From a virus (Duplodnaviria; Caudoviricetes), in the IMG/VR virus record IMGVR_UViG_3300021400_000686, positions 24,333 through 88,332 of that record: 64,000 bases of DNA; one strand, given 5' to 3'. Position 1 is the stretch's first letter. Each line of letters starts with the position of its first letter. Of the stretch, positions 58,652-64,000 are shown in pieces. Made by a program: the position numbers and the translations under genes. The notes under the pieces were generated by a model. It was given only the letters and a program-made list of their open reading frames with translations. It was not told the DNA's origin and ran no database searches.

Positions 58652-59209
58652 TTATCGACCGTAGAACCGATCTAAGCTATCCTTTATCTCAGCAATCGAT
58701 ACCGTACCAAGGTTCCGAACACCTTTGAGCTCTTTTTCCCCAAGCTCGTTGAGCTCTTTGATGCTTGGCTCACGCCAGAACCATCTTGTAAGAGCATTCA
58801 GTGACCGCCTTGAAAGCCCTAACTCGGATATACCGTCATCCTCTGTTATCGCCTTTTGCGTGTCCTTGATCCTCTTGTCCCATGCATCAAAATACTTTTG
58901 TCGTTCTCTCTCCCCGTCAATGATCCACTTCATCCGTAACGGGTTCCGAAGCTTCCGCCCCACATTAAGGATCACGCGCCTTGCAACCTCGCGCGTCATT
59001 CCGTACCGCTCCCCTAACTCCTGTATCGTCACCCCGTCTCTGTAGTGGGCCTCTAAAAACTCCCGTTCCTGATCACTCAGTTCCGCGACCATGTTGTTAT
59101 ATGCCGTAATGTGATCCTCATCGGGCACCCACTCTTCATGGATGCCCGCGTCTTTCATCAGTTTGTCTACAAGGTTTTTGGGATACATCGTCCTCCTATC
59201 AGGCGTCAA
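58652..59209 (-). CDS. Sigma70 region-4-like HTH fused to an RNA polymerase alpha-CTD-like domain
   Basis: LSDQEREFLEAHYRDGVTIQELGERYGMTREVARRV; ISELGLSRRSLNAL...ELKGVRNLGTVSIAEI. Confidence 0.75.
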   Translation of the reverse strand: MTPDRRTMYPKNLVDKLMKDAGIHEEWVPDEDHITAYNNMVAELSDQEREFLEAHYRDGVTIQELGERYGMTREVARRVILNVGRKLRNPLRMKWIIDGERERQKYFDAWDKRIKDTQKAITEDDGISELGLSRRSLNALTRWFWREPSIKELNELGEKELKGVRNLGTVSIAEIKDSLDRFYGR

Positions 59210-59807
59210 GCCAGTAACTCCATGAATTCACGTGCTTTGTGCCGTACTTCTTAAGATATGTCCGCACGCGCTTCTCGTGATTTGCCATCGCAAGCTTGTA
59301 ACCGTCCAGAACCTTTTTAATATCCGCATCGTTCAGAATGTAAACATCGCGACCAGTAGCGTCCTTGGTATATGTTCCGCCGATCTTATCCATGTAACAG
59401 CTTCCGCCAAACAGATCGCAGATTTCCCAACCCCTCATAAAACGGACGCTCTTAATCTTCTCACCGCCACTGTAGTACATAGTCGATACTACAGGATAAT
59501 ACTCTTCAAAAGCCTTGACCTCCGAGCGAAAAGCCTTCATGTTTTCATCGAAGAAATAACTTTCGCTCTCGCGGGCATGTCGCGCCATCGCGTTCGCTTC
59601 ATCGTAGCTTTCAGTATCATATCTGCTATCATGGTATCCGAAGCAGAAATCCTTCTCAATGCTTCTCTTGTCGATCGGGATCAGAAAACCGTTGTCCAGT
59701 TTGACAACGTTGTCCACCTTACCAAGGCAATATTTAACCATTCTTTCCGAACTCCAAACCGTGCGAAGCTCCGCTTCGTAATCCTCAATGAAACCTTTCT
59801 TTCCCAT
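59199..59807 (-). CDS. Hypothetical early protein
   Basis: First gene after the promoter at 59872; RBS AGGAGGT. Confidence 0.6.
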   Translation of the reverse strand: MGKKGFIEDYEAELRTVWSSERMVKYCLGKVDNVVKLDNGFLIPIDKRSIEKDFCFGYHDSRYDTESYDEANAMARHARESESYFFDENMKAFRSEVKAFEEYYPVVSTMYYSGGEKIKSVRFMRGWEICDLFGGSCYMDKIGGTYTKDATGRDVYILNDADIKKVLDGYKLAMANHEKRVRTYLKKYGTKHVNSWSYWLDA

Positions 59808-59946
59808 TTCATACCTCCTAAGATTATCGGCACCATTGCCAGTCGAGGATCATCGCCCCCTCACAGTATGTATTTTACCATATCTTTATCAATATGTCAA
59901 TACCTATAGGTATATTTTCTCAAGTTATAAAAAACAGGGGCAAGGA

Positions 59947-60363
59947 TTACCTCGCCCCATACTTATCCGCAAACGCTTCCGCTTCACTTTTCGTAACGGC
60001 CTTGATTTTCCCCTTGGCATAGTCCGCAAGGAAATAGAGCCCCTTCCGATCGACGAAAAGCTCTTGTGATCCGTCATAAGCCAGTGGCCTCGAAACCCCA
60101 GTGTTGTACTTGTGATACTCCGAAATGCCTTTAAGCGTTCCATGCGGTTCCCTGTACTTCCACCGCTCCCCAGTGTTTCGATCCACAAAAACTATATCGT
60201 ACCCCAACGCGTCAATCGCCGTCAACATCCGATCCGCTCGGAAAGAGCCCAAACGCGTTTGTTGATAGTACGATTGCTCGCTTAGCCCAACGAGCTTGGC
60301 GCAGTCGGCCACACTGGCCCCACGCCACCTTGATAATGCTCTTAGCACATCTTGTGCCCTCAT
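59947..60363 (-). CDS. HTH-containing protein
   Basis: SVADCAKLVGLSEQSYYQ. Confidence 0.5.
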   Translation of the reverse strand: MRAQDVLRALSRWRGASVADCAKLVGLSEQSYYQQTRLGSFRADRMLTAIDALGYDIVFVDRNTGERWKYREPHGTLKGISEYHKYNTGVSRPLAYDGSQELFVDRKGLYFLADYAKGKIKAVTKSEAEAFADKYGAR

Positions 60364-60372
60364 TCATCCCCC

Positions 60373-60690
60373 TTATTGCTTTACAACACCCCTATAAATA
60401 GGATGCGTCGGTAATTTATTCAAGTCCATCCAGTACACCGATACCCGCTTGTCGTTCGGCCCAACGGTGATCATCCGACTTTCAATCGGATACCCGTCCC
60501 TCTTAAGGTCATACACCCTCGCCCCAAGCCTCATGCACCCGTAAAGGTTAAGCGCGTCAAGCGCCGTGATCGACTTCCCCTCAAGCATGTGCCCTAAAAT
60601 CATTTCATTCTGCGTCATATCACCCCTCCATGATTTCTTTGATGTATGGTAGCCTTTTAAGCACCTCAACAAATGCATTCCACTCGTCAA
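60373..60690 (-). CDS. Phage HTH-domain protein
   Basis: TQNEMILGHMLEGKSITALDALNLYGCMRLGARVYDLKRDGYPI. Confidence 0.7.
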   Translation of the reverse strand: MTSGMHLLRCLKGYHTSKKSWRGDMTQNEMILGHMLEGKSITALDALNLYGCMRLGARVYDLKRDGYPIESRMITVGPNDKRVSVYWMDLNKLPTHPIYRGVVKQ

Positions 60691-61303
60691 GCTTATGCCC
60701 CGTGCGCTGTTTGATAATAGAGATTACATTTTCGTAATTCATAGTCACGGTTCGTGTCTGATTAAACGACTCAGGCAAATACTGAATCAATGTGCGCCAT
60801 GTTGGGTCACCAGATTTACAGTTCTTCCGCAAGTCCTCAAGCATATGAATATAGCGATCAACGACCTCATGCTGATATTCGTCCAGTTCAATCCCACCGT
60901 CAAGGCTGAAAAGACCGTAATCTATCCCCTTCTTGTGAATCGTATGCATCTTGCTTGTACTGTTCGCGGTAGTTCCAATCTTATATGTGTCAAATTCAGA
61001 AAACCAATACAGCGGTGCCGTAATATCCATACTTACGAATATCTGTCGAAGATACTTCCTGTGTTCTGTACCGGCATTGTACAGGCGTTTCATCAAGTCA
61101 AGATCATTCGGGCCGATAACGACTTGCCCTAAGCGGTCTAATAAGTCCCCATCGCACCATGAAGAGGCATTGCAATCTTGACAGTCACAACATAAGTCAC
61201 TATCGCTTCTCGCCCAAGAATTCAAAGGATTTCGCATACCACGTATTGCGTGCTTAAATCCCCACACATCTATATTTTCAACTTTAATCATTCCACCCCT
61301 CAC
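60620..61303 (-). CDS. ThyX-like (flavin-dependent thymidylate synthase family) protein
   Basis: AIRGMRNP, HRKYLRQI, APLYWFSEFDTY, LPESFNQTRTVTMNY...QRTGHKLDEW. Confidence 0.65.
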   Translation of the reverse strand: MRGGMIKVENIDVWGFKHAIRGMRNPLNSWARSDSDLCCDCQDCNASSWCDGDLLDRLGQVVIGPNDLDLMKRLYNAGTEHRKYLRQIFVSMDITAPLYWFSEFDTYKIGTTANSTSKMHTIHKKGIDYGLFSLDGGIELDEYQHEVVDRYIHMLEDLRKNCKSGDPTWRTLIQYLPESFNQTRTVTMNYENVISIIKQRTGHKLDEWNAFVEVLKRLPYIKEIMEG

Positions 61304-62000
61304 AGCATGTCGTACAGTTCCTTGCGGACTTTCTCTATTGTTTCGTCAATATAACCTTTAAGGCGCTCGTTTCTGTCCGTTCCGAACCACTTGCGCTTGA
61401 ATTTGTTTACCGTTTTGATATAGTCCTCTTTCGAATAGTCCCCACTTTCATACCATTCGAGATCATGCGCCAGATCAACGATATCCGCCATTAGATCGTC
61501 AAGCTCTTTATCATGCATCTGTCCGACAAAGTATTCTTCAATTCTGCAATAGATATAGTCCTTACTGCCTCCGCTCACTAATTACCTCCATGACCTTTTG
61601 TGGCCGCGCAACTTGATTTTCAAGTTCAGCCATTTGCTTCTCTAAATTCGCTTTGCTGTTTTCTTCGTTCCGTCGGTATCGGATAGCCTTGGACAACTGT
61701 TTAAGGCAACCCTCGTGCACTACGTACCGTCCATAGAACGTCTCCCACGTTTCCCTCATCCAGATGGTCTTACGTCCATTCTTGATAATATCCCCACAAA
61801 GTTCGCACACGTAATATTTCATTGCTTCACCACCCTGATAATCTCGCCCTTTCGGTCTTTGATGGCGACCGTCTTTATGCCGTCGTTCACCGCAAGAATC
61901 TGGTGCGCCCCTCTTACAGCCGCGGCATAAGACGTAGCATGGATGGTGACGGTCATATTCTTGTACTTACCCTCGACAAAATACTTGTCCACATTGCCTC

Positions 62001-62279
62001 CTACAAATACGACTTTCCGAACGTCCTCCTAAAGTCCTCAACCGATCCGTTTCGCTTTTGCCACTCTCTCTGCGCCAGTTGTTTCAGCTCAAGGTCAAGT
62101 TCCTTGTTAAAATGCACGCCTACATCAGACATATTGTGATGCCTTGCGCAAAGATAAACCCACAGGCCGTACTGTTCGCTTTTCTTTCTGTTCGGCCCGA
62201 ATATGATGTGATGCCGATGTAAGTTGTATGTTGTTCCGCAAACAAAACATTGCTTCTCGTTGGATATAATGGAATTCAT
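62001..62279 (-). CDS. Small Zn-finger/HNH-like phage protein
   Basis: CFVCG...LHRHHIIFG...VYLCARHHN...GVH...FGKSYL. Confidence 0.65.
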   Translation of the reverse strand: MNSIISNEKQCFVCGTTYNLHRHHIIFGPNRKKSEQYGLWVYLCARHHNMSDVGVHFNKELDLELKQLAQREWQKRNGSVEDFRRTFGKSYL

Positions 62280-62387
62280 TCTTCACTCATTGTTAAACAT
62301 TTTGTTGACTCTATTACACACGTGTACCAATAAACCACACTTGTTACTCTCCTTGACAATGATTCATCGCCTTGCTCTCTTCTCTTT

Positions 62388-62684
62388 TCACGCTCGCCCT
62401 TCGTTCACGATCTTGACATTGTCCACTTTTTCGTAAACATCAAGATACCCTTCCTGAAGATCGCCATTCCAAGTAAACTCGTAAAGCTTCTGCCCCTTCG
62501 TGCTTGATAATATTGCCTTGTTGTTCTGCAATGCTTTAGCAAGCCATACAACAAACACATCCTCTTGCGTGATCTCGCTCATTTCGTGGAGGTTGTGATA
62601 CTCGGACACGAACTCTTTTGCAAGATCAACGAAATCATTGTTACTCATCTTTATCCCCCTTTCCAAAGATGGTCTGAAGTACAA
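62388..62684 (-). CDS. Conserved hypothetical phage protein (DUF6275-like)
   Basis: DVFVVWLAKALQNNKAILS...YEFTWNGD...YLDVYEK. Confidence 0.6.
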   Translation of the reverse strand: MYFRPSLERGIKMSNNDFVDLAKEFVSEYHNLHEMSEITQEDVFVVWLAKALQNNKAILSSTKGQKLYEFTWNGDLQEGYLDVYEKVDNVKIVNEGRA

Positions 62685-62877
62685 GCAGAAGGAACAACAT
62701 TATCGTCAACGCGCCACATACAATCAAGGGAACAAACACGGTGATCCACATGATCGCGGAGCCGCATATCTTCATCAGCAGAAACACGATGAAGAACAGC
62801 AAGCACGTCGCTTCCATCATCCCCCACAAGCATCCGACGGCCCTGTAATTATGTTCTTTCATAATCGCCTCCTATTA

Positions 62878-62950
62878 CAGCGGGTAGCGGACTTGAACCG
62901 CTACTACAAGAGTCAAAGTCTTGTGTGCTAACCGATTACACAAACCCGCG
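62878..62950 (-). tRNA. tRNA-Gln(UUG)
   Basis: Anticodon arm CAAGA CTTTGAC TCTTG; T arm AGCGG TTCAAGT CCGCT; acceptor GCGGGT/ACCCGC; G discriminator. Confidence 0.88.
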
Positions 62951-63131
62951 ATACGAACCTTGAGGTCGGCTCAACCGCCCATCCCGCAATTTGGCCTGAT
63001 TACTCGCTTCTGCCTCAGATTAACGGTCTTTGGTGTCACAGTCATGCGGATTCGGATTCGCGATATCCTTAACTGCCTGACTGAAGTCGGCTTTCGTCAC
63101 TGGGTATGCGGAGATTTGCTCTCAACCCCGT

Positions 63132-63195
63132 TGCAGAACGGTTGGACTCGAACCAACATCTCAAATGCGCTATAGCCTTTTAAGCTACGTTCCGC
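63132..63195 (-). ncRNA. tRNA-like RNA lacking a normal anticodon arm
   Basis: 8-bp acceptor GCGGAACG/CGTTCTGC, D arm GCT/AGC, T arm GTTGG TTCGAGT CCAAC; only about 10 nt where the anticodon and variable arms should be. Confidence 0.55.
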
Positions 63196-63325
63196 CAAGC
63201 TCGCCACCCACGCACGGGCGCTTGCTCATGCACTGTATTTTACGCTTTGCAGTTACCATTAGCGGGTTTTATATCAAGGGAATCTGGTGCGTCAATTCTC
63301 TTGTGGGAGTTTTCCATCTCCAGTG

Positions 63326-63396
63326 CTGGAACGGAAGGATTCGAACCCTCGTCTTCGATTTTGGAGACCGATGTTCTACCATTGAACTACGAACCA
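63326..63396 (-). tRNA. tRNA-Trp(CCA)
   Basis: Anticodon arm TCGGT CTCCAAA ATCGA; canonical D and T arms; two U:U mismatches in the acceptor. Confidence 0.88.
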
Positions 63397-63533
63397 ATCT
63401 CAATTGCCCGTCCTTCCAAAGATCGGCAATAACAAGACTCCCTACCATTGGGTTATCTCCGCTCCTTTCGGTCACGGTTACTCTTGCCACCGCCTGTGAA
63501 CTGTTCGCGGGCGCGGTATATTTCATTTCCAAA

Positions 63534-63642
63534 TGGAGCGAGGCGGATTCGAACCACCGTATCTTGTTGACGAAACAAGCCTTTGCCATTGACATACTAA
63601 CAATGTTGTCATCATTGCCCCTTTGTCTACAAATACCGCCCC
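63534..63642 (-). ncRNA. 109-nt tRNA-like RNA with an Ala-type acceptor stem
   Basis: GGGGCGG pairs with TCGCTCC (G3-U70, A73); T arm GGTGG TTCGAAT CCGCC; several internal hairpins. Confidence 0.45.
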
Positions 63643-64000
63643 GAAAATTCTGCCGTTATGTTTTACAAGCGACGGCTGAACAGTTCGCGCTTGTAGTGTA
63701 TTTATACGTCCTTTACCGAGCTACCTTACACTAACATTACGTCGCTCTCCCACTTGTCACGGAAATGGGCGGGAACCGATGCTTATAACCCTGTCCTATC
63801 TGGGAAGTGCATCTGGCAACACTCACGCCTTGCTTTTGGCTTTTATTTACGGACGTAAAACAAAGCAATAACGAAGTCGTCCGCTTCTTCCGACAAGGAT
63901 TTGCACCTTACATGATGCCTTAGTATCCCGAAACAATCGTCTTGAATCACGTTTCAATTGCTCGGTCTTGCTACCCATCTTGAACTAAGCGTCTACCTAT

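Larger units (their letters stand above)
56441..59900 (-). promoter_or_regulatory. Four more operator-containing sigma70 promoters (56441-56469, 57001-57029, 58314-58342, 59872-59900)
   Basis: Same 29-bp architecture; three also carry ATACCYATAGGTA next to the -35. Confidence 0.8.

Noticed and set aside
62921-63734. ORFs 62921-63175, 63165-63734 and 63269-63595
   Set aside because: They overlap tRNA and tRNA-like genes and show no protein motifs.
63534-63910. Full-length tmRNA
   Set aside because: No matching 5' end about 350 nt upstream and no recognisable tag reading frame; only a short tRNA-like domain is supported.
63890-64000. tRNA-Leu(CAA) at the right edge (GGTAGACGC...TTCAAGA)
   Set aside because: The anticodon stem does not pair well, the distance to the T-arm-like hairpin is too long, and the 5' end is outside the window.
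1-64000. Diversity-generating retroelement, retron or IS element
   Set aside because: No reverse transcriptase motif, transposase or template/variable repeat pair was seen.

Overview
The whole window is phage DNA with no host genes. It looks like a temperate, Firmicutes-type tailed phage, almost entirely on the minus strand. A large serine integrase and repressor cassette on the plus strand (38.2-40.6 kb) has phage genes on both sides, consistent with an excised or circular form. Layout: head and packaging module (decoration protein, DUF2213 protease/scaffold, short MuF, DUF1073 portal with a fused Nudix domain, TerL/TerS; 0-25 kb); replication, recombination and lysogeny genes (31-40.6 kb); a mosaic array of small early-gene cassettes (41-62.8 kb); and a tRNA / structured-RNA region (62.9-64 kb). 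Three things stand out. (1) A RAMP/Cas7-like gene (25607-26344) directly preceded by about 520 nt of non-coding, 5-nt-periodic NGY-NN sequence, a candidate RNA-guided module with no other cas genes. (2) Ten genes in and around the head module share an N-terminal I-R-x-K-W-x-x-R-x-D leader fused to different enzyme or toxin domains (several ADP-ribosyltransferase folds, a RelA/SpoT-like domain, Ntox50, a zincin, a possible SAM lyase), with leaderless antidote-like genes downstream. This is a candidate capsid-targeted cargo system. (3) Thirteen sigma70 promoters share a palindromic spacer operator, and two of them drive only putative antidote genes inside the late region. All family assignments are by eye from motifs; no searches were run.
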